From positions 96,001 through 160,000 of IMG/VR virus record IMGVR_UViG_3300014590_000001: 64,000 nt of DNA, one strand, 5' to 3'. Made by a program: the position numbers and the translations under genes. This document shows positions 18,846 to 29,192 of this stretch, piece by piece. A model generated the notes under the pieces. It saw only the letters and a list, made by a program, of their open reading frames with translations. It was not told the origin of the DNA and made no database searches. This DNA is from a virus. Taxonomy: Duplodnaviria > Caudoviricetes. Every line of letters begins with the position of its first letter. The stretch's first letter is position 1.

Positions 18846-19356
18846 TCACCTGAATTTATTGACCAACTCACGCAATTCGTCTTGAGACAATTCATCAAGA
18901 TCCTTTGACGTGCATCCGTATCGAAAAGTATTTGCGAATTCTTCACCAGCTTTATCGTCATCGCCTACGCAAACAAAACGCAGATTGAGAGCGGTTAATT
19001 GTTGTCGAAGTTGTTCGCTAACATCGCTACCGAGAACAGACCACGCATTAGCGCCAACACTATGCAACGCACATGCTTTGAAAACTGATTCAGTTAAGAA
19101 TACGGTCGTCCCGTTTAGGTATAATTTCCGTTCCCCACACCAACTGTTTGCCACCAAACACGCGAGTGAAATAGCGGCACTCTTTCGGGTTACGATCTTT
19201 CTTTGGTGCGTCCGGAGTGTATACCTGAACGCCTCGCATAGCGCGGTCAAAACTAAATAGAGGAACAGTCATCTGGTTCGGTGAAAGCCACGCGAAATGC
19301 TTCTCTGGATTCCAGTGCCTGTTTGTTAGATGCTGCAACAGCGTTGTTTCTTTCAT
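18846..19356 (-). pseudogene. Toprim-domain primase split by a +1 frameshift near 19114-19116
   Basis: N-half (19090..19356) and C-half with VFLTESVFKA and VGDDDKAG lie in different frames; removing one A from CCT-AAA-C gives a continuous 169-aa protein. Confidence 0.75.
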
Positions 19357-19573
19357 AAAACTTTCCTTCTGAATATTCAGAGAATTGCTTTACGAACAAT
19401 GATTCCGAAAGTACCCAAGTTTTAAACGCAGGGTAATCTTTCGTTGCCTCCAGATTCTCGTAAACGATCATCGACAGAGAACAATCTTGTCCGTGTGAAG
19501 CAATCTCTTTAACACGAAACGGAATTCCACTAGGGGAACAATAAACAAAATTCTCTATAATGTCGCTAATCAT
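19253..19573 (-). CDS. DUF1653-like small protein
   Basis: FRVKEIASHGQDC..MIVYENL...WV...FVKQF; AGAGG RBS at MISDII. Confidence 0.6.
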   Translation of the reverse strand: MISDIIENFVYCSPSGIPFRVKEIASHGQDCSLSMIVYENLEATKDYPAFKTWVLSESLFVKQFSEYSEGKFYERNNAVAASNKQALESREAFRVAFTEPDDCSSI

Positions 19574-19625
19574 ATTTCCTCTATAAAAAGGGCAGATAAG
19601 TATCCACCCTTTTAAAATAGTATTA

Positions 19626-20267
19626 TCAAACTTCAGCCGCGTCGATACCGTTGAAGCGAGGACGATACTCACCTTTAGGAGTTCGATTACGCTTTGGTTT
19701 CTTTTCGGCTTCACGATCCTCTTCGGACGGTGCGCGGAATACAGGCTTGTCGTTAAAGACCAGACAGATTGAGGCAGCGTTATCTGCAAGCAGAATGCGC
19801 AGTCCTTCAATGTCGCCATTGCTTACGTGTTCACGAATTTCTTTTCGTAAAGCACACACGCCAGATTGCGCGTTGTTCATAAGATCGCGTACAGAGAAGT
19901 AGCTTGTGTTTGAGCGGATGATAGAATACTCACCACGATCCAAAACAGCTATGCGTTTCATTTGCAGAAGTTTCAGCGCCCACTCTACGCCGTGCGTATG
20001 AATAGCACATGCGATATAGAACGGTGAAATGTGAGTAAGGAAACCGATCTCAATTGCGTTAAGAGAGCGGAAACCGAATCGCCCAACTTGAGTCCAGCAG
20101 AATTCAAAAAATTGCTTTGTGAAGGAATCCAATTCTTCTTTCGAGTGAGAGAGAATTCTTGTCTTACCATGAGACAGAACTTCCGCAATGAGTTCGTCAG
20201 TAGGACGACGCACATCAGAAAGATCCATACCAAAAATAAGAGATTCGATTTGGTTTTTATTGAACAT
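19626..20267 (-). CDS. Hypothetical protein
   Basis: 213-aa ORF. Confidence 0.7.
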   Translation of the reverse strand: MFNKNQIESLIFGMDLSDVRRPTDELIAEVLSHGKTRILSHSKEELDSFTKQFFEFCWTQVGRFGFRSLNAIEIGFLTHISPFYIACAIHTHGVEWALKLLQMKRIAVLDRGEYSIIRSNTSYFSVRDLMNNAQSGVCALRKEIREHVSNGDIEGLRILLADNAASICLVFNDKPVFRAPSEEDREAEKKPKRNRTPKGEYRPRFNGIDAAEV

Positions 20268-20271
20268 AGGT

Positions 20272-20574
20272 TTATTCCATCACCGCGAGGTATGAACCGC
20301 GATGGAAAGAGACTGATTTCATTCCGAGCGTAACGCGCCGTATAGAGGCGGCACACTCAGGAGCCAGATTACGGAAAGAACAAAAGTATTCAACGCGATA
20401 AGTTCCTTCAGACGTTTGAGCAATTAAGCAGACGTTCTTTTGCAACTCTTCGATTGCTATTGTGTCGGCAAGTTCGACAGTAATATAACCGTCGTTCGTA
20501 TCCCACACAATGTTTTCAATTGCATCATCGAGAACAGTTTCACCTATCGCGATTAGTTCGATAGTTCTAATCAT
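20272..20574 (-). CDS. Hypothetical protein
   Basis: ATGA overlap with the upstream gene. Confidence 0.65.
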   Translation of the reverse strand: MIRTIELIAIGETVLDDAIENIVWDTNDGYITVELADTIAIEELQKNVCLIAQTSEGTYRVEYFCSFRNLAPECAASIRRVTLGMKSVSFHRGSYLAVME

Positions 20575-21155
20575 TGGGTGCCTCGCACGAAATTCGTGTC
20601 GTAGTCCGGAGGCAAGTAAGCCAGAATATTAATGCGATGTTTTTCACACACGGCATCCAAAACATTCTGTACACACTGCCACTCAACACCGCCGAGGCCG
20701 CCATAGAAACGTTGCACCGCAATCTGTCTATCCGGATCAATCTTCATGCGACGAAGAGTTTTGATCAGATGATCGAAAGAAGCACTAAGGAATTTTTCAC
20801 TGAAACGATTTACAGGTTCCGAACTTTGGTTGTCTCCAGATCGACCTAAACCGTAACCAGACGAAATATACATGTTAGCAATAAGTAACTGTCCATGCGA
20901 GCGTTTCCAAATTTTCGAAACGGACGAGGTGCCAAGTAATTCCGGATCTGGTTTTACTTTATTCATTTCTTCGGCAAGTGACGGGAACAAGGCTTTCAGT
21001 CGTCGTTGAATGGGGCTGTTATATGAAGCGCGAGCGTTGCATTCAATTGCGAGAACTTTAAACTTCCCACCGAGGAAATCTTGAATAAGCGGTTTATCAT
21101 GAATCTGAATTACACGAAAGTCTTTCGGTGTGTAGCCAATTGCAGATAAATCCAT
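20571..21155 (-). CDS. Divergent macrodomain (Poa1p/DarG-like) protein
   Basis: IECN...LKALFP...LGT...IANMY...IAVQRFYGGLGGVEW follows the macrodomain layout. Confidence 0.65.
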   Translation of the reverse strand: MDLSAIGYTPKDFRVIQIHDKPLIQDFLGGKFKVLAIECNARASYNSPIQRRLKALFPSLAEEMNKVKPDPELLGTSSVSKIWKRSHGQLLIANMYISSGYGLGRSGDNQSSEPVNRFSEKFLSASFDHLIKTLRRMKIDPDRQIAVQRFYGGLGGVEWQCVQNVLDAVCEKHRINILAYLPPDYDTNFVRGTQ

Positions 21156-21170
21156 AGTAAGTTTCCAAAA

Positions 21171-22208
21171 CTAGATATCAAAAATTCGTTTGAACTTGAG
21201 GCGTTTCTTTATGTCTTTGATTGCTTTCATATCCGGTTCCTTTGGAGTAAAGGCCGAAAGTGTTTTAGGCAACGTCGGAACATTCAGATCAATCGTGACA
21301 AGTTCTTTCTGCAAGTCCATATCCATAATCGGATATTGACCGACCAACGCTTTCTTCCATCGAGCATTGGATTTAATTTTCGGCGCAGCGGCAATTAGCT
21401 TTTCAAGACTGCCATACTCATTCAGCAGTTTTAACGCCGTGCCATCACTTACCCCAGGCAGCCCAGGAACGTTGTCGGCAGTATCGCCGCACATCGCAAG
21501 GAAATCAGGAATAAGATGAACAGGCACACCGAAATGTTCATGCACGTTTTTATGCGTGTATCGTTTTTCCGGTGCGTTTGCTTGCGCAGCCATAATAACG
21601 CGAATCAATTTGTTCACGACGAGTTGCAGAATATCTTTATCACGCGTGTAGATATCGACAAAATTCTTTACGCCGAAACGATACGCGAGAGTTCCGATAA
21701 TATCATCAGCCTCGTAAGGAGATTTACGTCGCGCCCATAGACCATACGCCTCTAAGATTTCCTGCGCCAAATCCATTTGAATTGGCAGGTCAGCAGTCTT
21801 AGTGCGGTCACGGTTCCCTTTATATGCACTGCTTTTCTGAAAGACACTTTTAATTACGTCCGGCGTTTGTTCGGCATTCCAGTTTTGGATTGCGCGATAG
21901 CGCCACGTACTGTTAGAGCGACCGTCAAAACAAAAAGCAGCGTAAGCACCTTTTGGATCTTTCTTTATTTGCGTCAGCATAGCTTCAATCATATTCATGA
22001 AGATATAAACTGCGCCCGTAGGAGTTCCGTCCGGTGCGGTTAATTTCCGTGGCTGATTCTGCGAAACAAAATAGGCGCGGCATAACCAATTGCTTGCATC
22101 GAAAACATGCAGCGTTGGTTTGTTCCTGAATTCAACAACAGGAGCAGCTACCGATCCTTTTTGTTTGGGAGCGCTATCTTCAGAAACGGAGTTGAACGAT
22201 CTACTCAC
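21171..22208 (-). CDS. 5'-3' exonuclease / flap endonuclease (PolI N-terminal-like)
   Basis: VFDASN..RAYF, FDG, YKGNR, YEADDIIGT, TRDKD, GDTADNVPGLPGV. Confidence 0.95.
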   Translation of the reverse strand: MSRSFNSVSEDSAPKQKGSVAAPVVEFRNKPTLHVFDASNWLCRAYFVSQNQPRKLTAPDGTPTGAVYIFMNMIEAMLTQIKKDPKGAYAAFCFDGRSNSTWRYRAIQNWNAEQTPDVIKSVFQKSSAYKGNRDRTKTADLPIQMDLAQEILEAYGLWARRKSPYEADDIIGTLAYRFGVKNFVDIYTRDKDILQLVVNKLIRVIMAAQANAPEKRYTHKNVHEHFGVPVHLIPDFLAMCGDTADNVPGLPGVSDGTALKLLNEYGSLEKLIAAAPKIKSNARWKKALVGQYPIMDMDLQKELVTIDLNVPTLPKTLSAFTPKEPDMKAIKDIKKRLKFKRIFDI

Positions 22209-22666
22209 TGTTCCTCCATAACAACTAAAGATTCTTCGAACCTGTCTCCGCGTTCTTTTAGTGCTTTATGAAAGTTCAGGCCGCCTACGTACAAATCAAT
22301 TACAGAGCCGTGAGACTGCGACAATTCATGAAGACAAGACACGCCACGATAAAACAATGGCGACAAAGGTTCGAATGGTGCCTTGCGAACGAATAAATGG
22401 AATATGCGCCCACTAGCGATAAGATCGTTTGGTAATTCGATTGAGAAATTTATACAGCGAAATTTCTTTCGGAAAAGCATAGGGAAGTATTTTGCGAGAG
22501 GCGTCTTTTCGCTTGAAACAGTTACTATTTGGCAAGCGTCCGGAGCTACATTGAGAAGCAGTTTCAGCATTCCCTTTTTATCGAGATCTACTAAAGCTGA
22601 GTCGAAAGGTGGTAGTCTTTCCGGCACACTGTAACAGAGTCGATGCCTTTCACTATTGGAATTCAT
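22205..22666 (-). CDS. Hypothetical protein
   Basis: GGAGG RBS. Confidence 0.65.
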   Translation of the reverse strand: MNSNSERHRLCYSVPERLPPFDSALVDLDKKGMLKLLLNVAPDACQIVTVSSEKTPLAKYFPMLFRKKFRCINFSIELPNDLIASGRIFHLFVRKAPFEPLSPLFYRGVSCLHELSQSHGSVIDLYVGGLNFHKALKERGDRFEESLVVMEEQ

Positions 22667-22712
22667 TTAGAATTTCCTCCGAAAGAATTGGGGCAGTTAC
22701 GCCCCAACCTTT

Positions 22713-23087
22713 TTATTCGAAATCGTCTTCGCTTAATTCTTCGTCGTCTTCATCCTCGTCATCAAAATCGCCTAACGATGCCTGAACAACTGCCAGATCA
22801 CCGACGACAATAACACTGGTAACGATGAAACATTCAGCCAGAGGGAAGTTATTATCTTCCAGCAGAGTGATAGCATCAGCGTAAACCAGATCAACTTCTT
22901 CTTCGTTCTTCGCGTCTTTAACGGTCAGACCGGAAGCAGAATCAGATTCGAATTTTTCATTCAGAATTTGTTCCGCTTGTGTAGCACCTTCAACCAGCGA
23001 TGGAACATCGTCATCCGAAGGGATAACAACGAAAACAAAACCGGAAGTTTTGGCAGCCACAACACGATGCGGGAATAAATCACTCAC
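22713..23087 (-). CDS. Small acidic protein
   Basis: D/E-rich tail; AGGAG RBS, GTG start. Confidence 0.7.
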   Translation of the reverse strand: MSDLFPHRVVAAKTSGFVFVVIPSDDDVPSLVEGATQAEQILNEKFESDSASGLTVKDAKNEEEVDLVYADAITLLEDNNFPLAECFIVTSVIVVGDLAVVQASLGDFDDEDEDDEELSEDDFE

Positions 23088-23400
23088 TTGCTTTCTCCTT
23101 ATAGAAATATTTAGGTGCAGCGCAAATGTTTTCTACGTCTACACCTTCACTATTTACACTATTTCGAATCTGTACCATCAGACCAAATGCCCACGCCATA
23201 ACATCAATAGGCGAAGTCAGATCGTCAATGATTTCCAGATGCGAGTCTGTATCGTCGATTGTCCCGAATACCAAACAACATGCAAGCGTTGTACGTTCGG
23301 CATTAACGGAGACTGCCAGCCCATAGTTCGTAAAGACCGGATGTTGATAACAGACTCGCGTTTCAGTTCCGAGGATTTTACCTTCGAAAGTGAACTTCAT
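23080..23400 (-). CDS. Hypothetical protein
   Basis: TAATG coupling to the portal stop. Confidence 0.65.
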   Translation of the reverse strand: MKFTFEGKILGTETRVCYQHPVFTNYGLAVSVNAERTTLACCLVFGTIDDTDSHLEIIDDLTSPIDVMAWAFGLMVQIRNSVNSEGVDVENICAAPKYFYKEKASE

Positions 23401-25325
23401 TAGAACAAGCCCCCACGCTTTAACGCTCGCATTTCATAAGCAGTTGGTTGTCGCGAAACTGCGCCTGTATCAAGAGGCATAGTTTTATTCTGTTCGTAGT
23501 TTTGAACAGCTTTATAAATCGCGTCATTCGCTTTATGATTTGCTCGTGCCTGACGGAAAACATGTTTCTTCTTACCAGTTTTTCCAATCTCGTAAATTTC
23601 AGATTGTTCTCCGAAATCACGTCCTTTCAATCCTGGCCGACGAGCGCCGCCGAGTACAGCAGATTGAGATCCCAAAAGATTTGGAATACCAAGTGCCTGT
23701 TCAAGACCGCGACCAGTAGACAGACTTTTTGACACGGAAGAGAAACTATCCCCACCGCCGCCAGCGTCGTCTGCAATCTGGTACTGCTTGTCGATTTCTT
23801 GCTGACGCTTTTTGTATGCCAGCAGCTTGTGACGCAACGCGAGATCTTCATCCTGATCCATCAACAACTGATCAAAGTTGAATCCACCTGCCGCAGCAAT
23901 ACTACGCAGCGGAACAGGTACACCGAGTTCAGTCATTGCGCGTAAGTTTTCCATCATTGAGCTATCAATATCAGGACGCAATTGTTTCGACCAATGCACG
24001 TTAGGAATAAACAGTTTGCTACCGTCATTCAATCGGTACATGATTTCATTCAGACTGCCATCCATCAGGCCAGATTTTTTCATGATCTTGCCGTTCTTAC
24101 CAACAGCGTAACCGTTCATCAAACTAATGAGCGGGAAAACTTTCTCGTAGAAAATCTTACGAGTTGCAAAGTCACGGAATGCGCGGAGAGATTCGATGAA
24201 TACCGTTAGGCCAGTTGCCGCACTATCATAGTTCGCTTCACCGGAAAGTAATGCTTCAGAAATTCCGAGCAAGCGCATTTTGAACGATGCAGTCTGATCC
24301 CAAATATCGGTAATCTTCCAGAAGTCACCGCCCTGACGGAATTCACTAATGTTCACGCCTAAACGCGTTGTGATGATAGAACCGATTGGGTCACTATCCG
24401 CATTCAGAAGTAAGTCAGTGATGAAGTCCATTTCTTCTTGTGACGGTTCCCACTGATCGCCATCGCCTAACTGCGCGTGAAGGATACCACGCTGACGGCG
24501 ACCGGATTCAATGAGTGTGCCACGATAAAGGTTTTTCTCGATTAACCAGATAGGCAGCATACGACGAAACGCACTCACACCTTCACCATAAGTAAAAGTT
24601 TTGCGCGGAATATAAATCGTGCCAACCGGATCGAGTTCAACCAAACTTTCGTTCAGCATTTTATCAACGAAACCCGCACCTAATTCTTTGCGGATTGCAT
24701 CAACACGTTTGCTGTCTTTGGAGAATGCGCGTTTCACATCTTGCGGAACACGTAACTCAAAGATTGGGTCTTGTGACATTAACGGGAACGGAGTCGCTTC
24801 GATGTTATCGTAGCGGTGAGTCATCATATCAATGAACTTTTTTCGTTCCTTGTTGTAAAGCATACTGCCGCAGAACGCACCAGTTACCAACAGATCGGTT
24901 GTGATGTTTGGCATACTGGCAGACAGTGAAAGGCGCTCGTTCACCTCGTAATAAGGATCAAGCACACTATCTTTCGCGCCGCTAAAACTCACATCGGAGA
25001 ATGGCAGCGTACTGAATAAATCAACGTAACTGCCGCCGATTGGATCGAAGAAATAAATATCGCGGTACACGTTAAAGAGTTGGCGATCATCAGCTTCATA
25101 ATCCATACCCTCCAACATTGGTGACAAGTCGATATCAAGTGGAACGCCGCCCACCTGAATATTCCCGCCGCTTGTGCCGCCACCGGAAGAAACAGACTGA
25201 ACCGATTTTTTGGCTTGTGCTGTTTCTTTCGCATCAGATCCTAAAGGGCGTTTAGCTTTTGCAGCGGGTGCGGAACCTTTATTGATTTTCGGTTCACGCA
25301 CTTCGCGACCAAGTTTAATAGCCAT
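23400..25325 (-). CDS. Putative portal protein
   Basis: 641 aa, two genes downstream of terminase; YRDIYFFDPIGGSYVD resembles a portal N-terminal helix motif. Confidence 0.7.
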   Translation of the reverse strand: MAIKLGREVREPKINKGSAPAAKAKRPLGSDAKETAQAKKSVQSVSSGGGTSGGNIQVGGVPLDIDLSPMLEGMDYEADDRQLFNVYRDIYFFDPIGGSYVDLFSTLPFSDVSFSGAKDSVLDPYYEVNERLSLSASMPNITTDLLVTGAFCGSMLYNKERKKFIDMMTHRYDNIEATPFPLMSQDPIFELRVPQDVKRAFSKDSKRVDAIRKELGAGFVDKMLNESLVELDPVGTIYIPRKTFTYGEGVSAFRRMLPIWLIEKNLYRGTLIESGRRQRGILHAQLGDGDQWEPSQEEMDFITDLLLNADSDPIGSIITTRLGVNISEFRQGGDFWKITDIWDQTASFKMRLLGISEALLSGEANYDSAATGLTVFIESLRAFRDFATRKIFYEKVFPLISLMNGYAVGKNGKIMKKSGLMDGSLNEIMYRLNDGSKLFIPNVHWSKQLRPDIDSSMMENLRAMTELGVPVPLRSIAAAGGFNFDQLLMDQDEDLALRHKLLAYKKRQQEIDKQYQIADDAGGGGDSFSSVSKSLSTGRGLEQALGIPNLLGSQSAVLGGARRPGLKGRDFGEQSEIYEIGKTGKKKHVFRQARANHKANDAIYKAVQNYEQNKTMPLDTGAVSRQPTAYEMRALKRGGLF

Positions 25326-25337
25326 TAGAATTCCCCG

Positions 25338-25559
25338 TTATTCAGGCAGCGCCATGCTTACCCTGCAATTTGTGCAGAAGCGCACTGGTTCACCTGAAAG
25401 AAGTTTTGATTCAACCGTAGCTGAAGAACATTTCGGACACACCATAGGATCGGTAATGTTGAAAGCCGAAACAGACTTCACCTCTTCTTTATTTACAGAT
25501 GAAGTGGACGAAACTTTGGTATCTTCTAAAACGGGATTGAAAAATCTTTTCGTGGTCAT
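25338..25559 (-). CDS. Small zinc-ribbon protein
   Basis: CPKC...FCTNC; AGGAG RBS at MTTKRF. Confidence 0.7.
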   Translation of the reverse strand: MTTKRFFNPVLEDTKVSSTSSVNKEEVKSVSAFNITDPMVCPKCSSATVESKLLSGEPVRFCTNCRVSMALPE

Positions 25560-25623
25560 TACTTCTCTCCTTTGGAATAGGACGAGTGGGAACAATGTTC
25601 CCACCGTATACATCCAAATTACT

Positions 25624-28437
25624 TTATTTTTGTCCTATTCTACGCGTCCTCACTGAACCAATCGACAAGCCTGAACCGATAGAAGACGAAGCACTGCCTG
25701 TATTCTTACGGCCTTTGGTCATACCCAAACGAGAAGGATCGCGGTTAACGTGAACTGCCTCGCGGATAGTCAATTCTTCCTCATAGTTGCCACACTCGAA
25801 ACCGTAAACCATCAGCGCCATTGCTCGCCAACTATCATCCGTTGCGCCCATGTTTTTAATAACACTGCGTCCGGTATCCTGTACGGTTTGAATCTGCATA
25901 ATAAGGTGTTCAGTCGGTTTGTTTTCGAAGCAATACGGATATTGTTCGCCGTCATAAAGAAGCGTGTCACCGATTTTTTCTGCATGTTGCATTCGCGGTA
26001 AACTAATGCGTGGAATTTCTGACTCCAACATTGTTTTAACTGTCCAAAGATCGCTGTACTTCAGACTGTATTTATCCGCAGCTTCAATGCCACCTTTTAA
26101 TTTGGCATCTTGCAGAAGTTTGATTGAGTTCCATTGGTCAGCCAGCAAAACTTTTACGTTTCGTTTGTGACACAACGGAATAAGAAGTTCATCAAATATC
26201 AGTGTGTAGTTCAGAGGAATCCCAGGCAACGGAATAATCTCTGCAATACAATCCACGCTAATAATTCCCGCAGCATTTCGGGAACCAACAACCATCGCGA
26301 AACTGTTATTACTGAAACCAGCATCGAGCGCCATAATACTAGGCTGAGTTGTTGTAGCGGCTTTCAACAATGTACCGTAACGTTGTTTGGAACCGTCTTT
26401 GTGTCGCACAATCTTGTGAGAGTATACGCACATGTTTCGGCCTTTCTCTCGAATCGCTTTGGAAACGAAAACAGGCTGAGTGATAAACGGATTCGCAGAC
26501 AACGGGGCTTCTGCCCCATAGTCACGCGCAGCGCCAACAGGATCGCGTCGGAATGCTTCTTCCAAGAACGCACTGTTACGCGGCATCGTTGGGTTCATCT
26601 TCCACGTAGGCGCATGAATGCCGAGAAGTTTTGAACTGCCGACACTACTTCGCATTAGCTCGTTGATTTTGTCACGCGCATGAACAGGACTACTAACGTT
26701 AAACATGTATCCAGTAAATGCGCGATCATAACCCGCAGCAATAAGTTTATTTTCTGCCGCACGAACAGTAGCAAGAGATCGATCAAGTGCGCCGTAAACC
26801 ATACCAGCACTTACTTTAACTTTCTTACTGTCTGCATCGTTATCAAAGTATGCGATTTCATCGAGTGCGCCGAAGATACGTGTACGACCACGCAAGATAC
26901 GACCGTCTGGGCCAGCAGGATAAACAATCAAGTTACGGTGTCCGTATAACACAAACGTGTCACGAATCTTCATTACTTCGATACCGTATTTTCTTTCTTG
27001 TCGCCTGATAACTTCGTGATATTTTTGGAACCACGGACTATCAGATATCATGTTGAAGTACGGTGTCCACAAAGTATCTTTCGCTTGTGATTGCGTCAGC
27101 GCTACGAAAGTTCCGTGAAGAATTGTCGTGTTACTGATTCCAAGAATACCAGTGGGAGACTGCGACTTTAAGATGATATGTGTGAGATACGTGGAACACA
27201 TTGCAACAACGATTGACTTACCGCTGTTATGGTTGAGCAAGCCACCTGCAACGAATTGCGGCATCCCTTCCATAACCAAGTCATACGTTATTTGATCTTC
27301 CGTGTCTTCAATGCTTTCAATTTTTATAAACAGAGACTTTGAGACAACTGGAATATCAAGGTCAAATATAACAGAATACTCATTGCCAACATTTCTGACA
27401 ACAGGCAGATAGCCAGCGTTAAGAAGGATAGACCAAGCCATTTGAGCCATCGACTCGCTGGCGGTATACACATATTTATTTTCATTAGATATCGAGTTAC
27501 GTCGTAAGTATTCCAGCGCAGCATCGCGTGTAGCAAGGCCAGCTTCTTCAATCGTCATAGGCAACGTGACTTTCTTGCCCCAAACATTCGTACCTACGCA
27601 AAGTTGGACGTGATCATCCGTGGTCAGTTTTTTAACGCGCTTGAATCCAGTTTCCGTTCGCAGAGGATGATCGGGAGTTGCATCAATGTGCATTCCGTTT
27701 TGCAGCGTTACGCGTTTTGTTGTTCCGTTCGTACTAACGTAAAGCTGTTTGATCTTCTCTAACTTATTTCCTGTACTCGCTTTCATATTGCTGAGGCGAG
27801 GAACATGGAACCCAGGAGTATCGTGACCAATAAACATATGACTAATAGGCAACAGGCCGCGCTCTGTAATAACAGGAGTGCTTGCGCCTACACAACGTTG
27901 TCCTGCGTTTACTGCAAGTTCGTTGTAGAAGTTCATTTCTTTATTGTGCATCAATTCGCTACGACGCGCTTCGCACTTTGGACAGGCACCATGCTCAAGA
28001 AGAACAAGGTGCTTTTTAATTCCTGCCAAACCTTCTTGCGGTTCGTGCGCTTCAGTTGGCAACCAATCCAGATCGCTACAGCGAGGACAGATTTCACCAA
28101 ACAAACGCAAGCCAATTAATGCCTGTTCAAGATACGGCGATTGCTTCAGGAAGTTGGGGGAAGTAACCCACTCCAAAAAGTTTTTCGCTTGTGGACACGC
28201 GCTATCATCGAATTTTAAATCTCGTGGCACTAGCGATTTATCTTTCAACGCCGTGTCTACGAGATCAACGATATTTACTTCACCTTCATTGAGAAAAGAA
28301 ACATCCGCTGTTTTCTTATCTTCGACGAAAGTTAAATCCTCGCCATCTTCATCTTCGTTATCGTTCAACAAAGTTTCGAAAGCTAAAATGCGCTTCGGTT
28401 TTAATTGAAGCGCAGGTGGTTTAGGTTTCTTTGCCAT
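25624..28437 (-). CDS. terL: Terminase large subunit (intein-containing)
   Basis: Walker A GQR/SGKS (split), LRGRT, Walker B GALDE, nuclease motifs ALDAG and DDSW; N-terminal CxxC pairs. Confidence 0.9.
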   Translation of the reverse strand: MAKKPKPPALQLKPKRILAFETLLNDNEDEDGEDLTFVEDKKTADVSFLNEGEVNIVDLVDTALKDKSLVPRDLKFDDSACPQAKNFLEWVTSPNFLKQSPYLEQALIGLRLFGEICPRCSDLDWLPTEAHEPQEGLAGIKKHLVLLEHGACPKCEARRSELMHNKEMNFYNELAVNAGQRCVGASTPVITERGLLPISHMFIGHDTPGFHVPRLSNMKASTGNKLEKIKQLYVSTNGTTKRVTLQNGMHIDATPDHPLRTETGFKRVKKLTTDDHVQLCVGTNVWGKKVTLPMTIEEAGLATRDAALEYLRRNSISNENKYVYTASESMAQMAWSILLNAGYLPVVRNVGNEYSVIFDLDIPVVSKSLFIKIESIEDTEDQITYDLVMEGMPQFVAGGLLNHNSGKSIVVAMCSTYLTHIILKSQSPTGILGISNTTILHGTFVALTQSQAKDTLWTPYFNMISDSPWFQKYHEVIRRQERKYGIEVMKIRDTFVLYGHRNLIVYPAGPDGRILRGRTRIFGALDEIAYFDNDADSKKVKVSAGMVYGALDRSLATVRAAENKLIAAGYDRAFTGYMFNVSSPVHARDKINELMRSSVGSSKLLGIHAPTWKMNPTMPRNSAFLEEAFRRDPVGAARDYGAEAPLSANPFITQPVFVSKAIREKGRNMCVYSHKIVRHKDGSKQRYGTLLKAATTTQPSIMALDAGFSNNSFAMVVGSRNAAGIISVDCIAEIIPLPGIPLNYTLIFDELLIPLCHKRNVKVLLADQWNSIKLLQDAKLKGGIEAADKYSLKYSDLWTVKTMLESEIPRISLPRMQHAEKIGDTLLYDGEQYPYCFENKPTEHLIMQIQTVQDTGRSVIKNMGATDDSWRAMALMVYGFECGNYEEELTIREAVHVNRDPSRLGMTKGRKNTGSASSSIGSGLSIGSVRTRRIGQK
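27226..27894 (-). mobile_element. Intein (223 aa) with eroded homing-endonuclease remnant
   Basis: Starts C-VGASTPV (Cys182), block B TPDHPL, block F YDLVM, ends HN followed by Ser+1. Confidence 0.92.
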
Positions 28438-29170
28438 TACGTTGTGAGAGTCCTCTCGCGGTTCCTAACAACGGCATCTGACCATTCGCGATAATTCCGT
28501 CATGTCCATTCATCAGACGACGTAGCAGATTACTTTTCTGCGCACCGGAGCGTTCAGATCGAACACCGTCGAACGATTTGATCAACCAATCTTTCAATAC
28601 ATCCGCACGGACGTTATCAGGAATGTTGTCGCACGTTTTCATAGTCTCGCTGATCATATCAGCAAGGGTGACACTTCCGATATAACCGAGAAGTTCATCG
28701 TCGATTTCAATATCGGTTTTAAGAATGTCACGCACAACTGCTTCGGACTCACCTGCGGCAATATCATAACCGAGAAGCAACGGAATAGAACGGCGCAAGA
28801 ATAAACTGCGGAACGTGTCTGCCTTTTCTTCTACGTTGTCGATGATATCGGTTACTTGATCGTCTGAAACTTCGATGACGTTTTCCGAACTAATGCCATC
28901 TTTGTTGGAGCGATTTCTGATTCGGTGGAGTTCAGGTCGGATAAGCAAACGGTTTTCCGTTTTCTGGATTGCGTCGGCTGTTTCATCGAGATCGATTTCG
29001 TCGTCTGTTCCATAATCAACATCCAAATTGTGAATCTTGTGAATCCCACGTTCTTTTCTGACAGGCGATATTGTGTTGCTCATATCGCCCAACATCCAAC
29101 TTTCTTCCACTTGCTTGATGGAGTTATCGCAAGGGAATGACCAGCGAGGAACCATTTCTTCTGATTCCAT
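28421..29170 (-). CDS. Hypothetical protein (positional candidate for terminase small subunit)
   Basis: Overlaps the terL start; own start codon uncertain. Confidence 0.55.
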   Translation of the reverse strand: MESEEMVPRWSFPCDNSIKQVEESWMLGDMSNTISPVRKERGIHKIHNLDVDYGTDDEIDLDETADAIQKTENRLLIRPELHRIRNRSNKDGISSENVIEVSDDQVTDIIDNVEEKADTFRSLFLRRSIPLLLGYDIAAGESEAVVRDILKTDIEIDDELLGYIGSVTLADMISETMKTCDNIPDNVRADVLKDWLIKSFDGVRSERSGAQKSNLLRRLMNGHDGIIANGQMPLLGTARGLSQRNGKET

Positions 29171-29192
29171 TATGCCGTAAGGAGATTCATAT

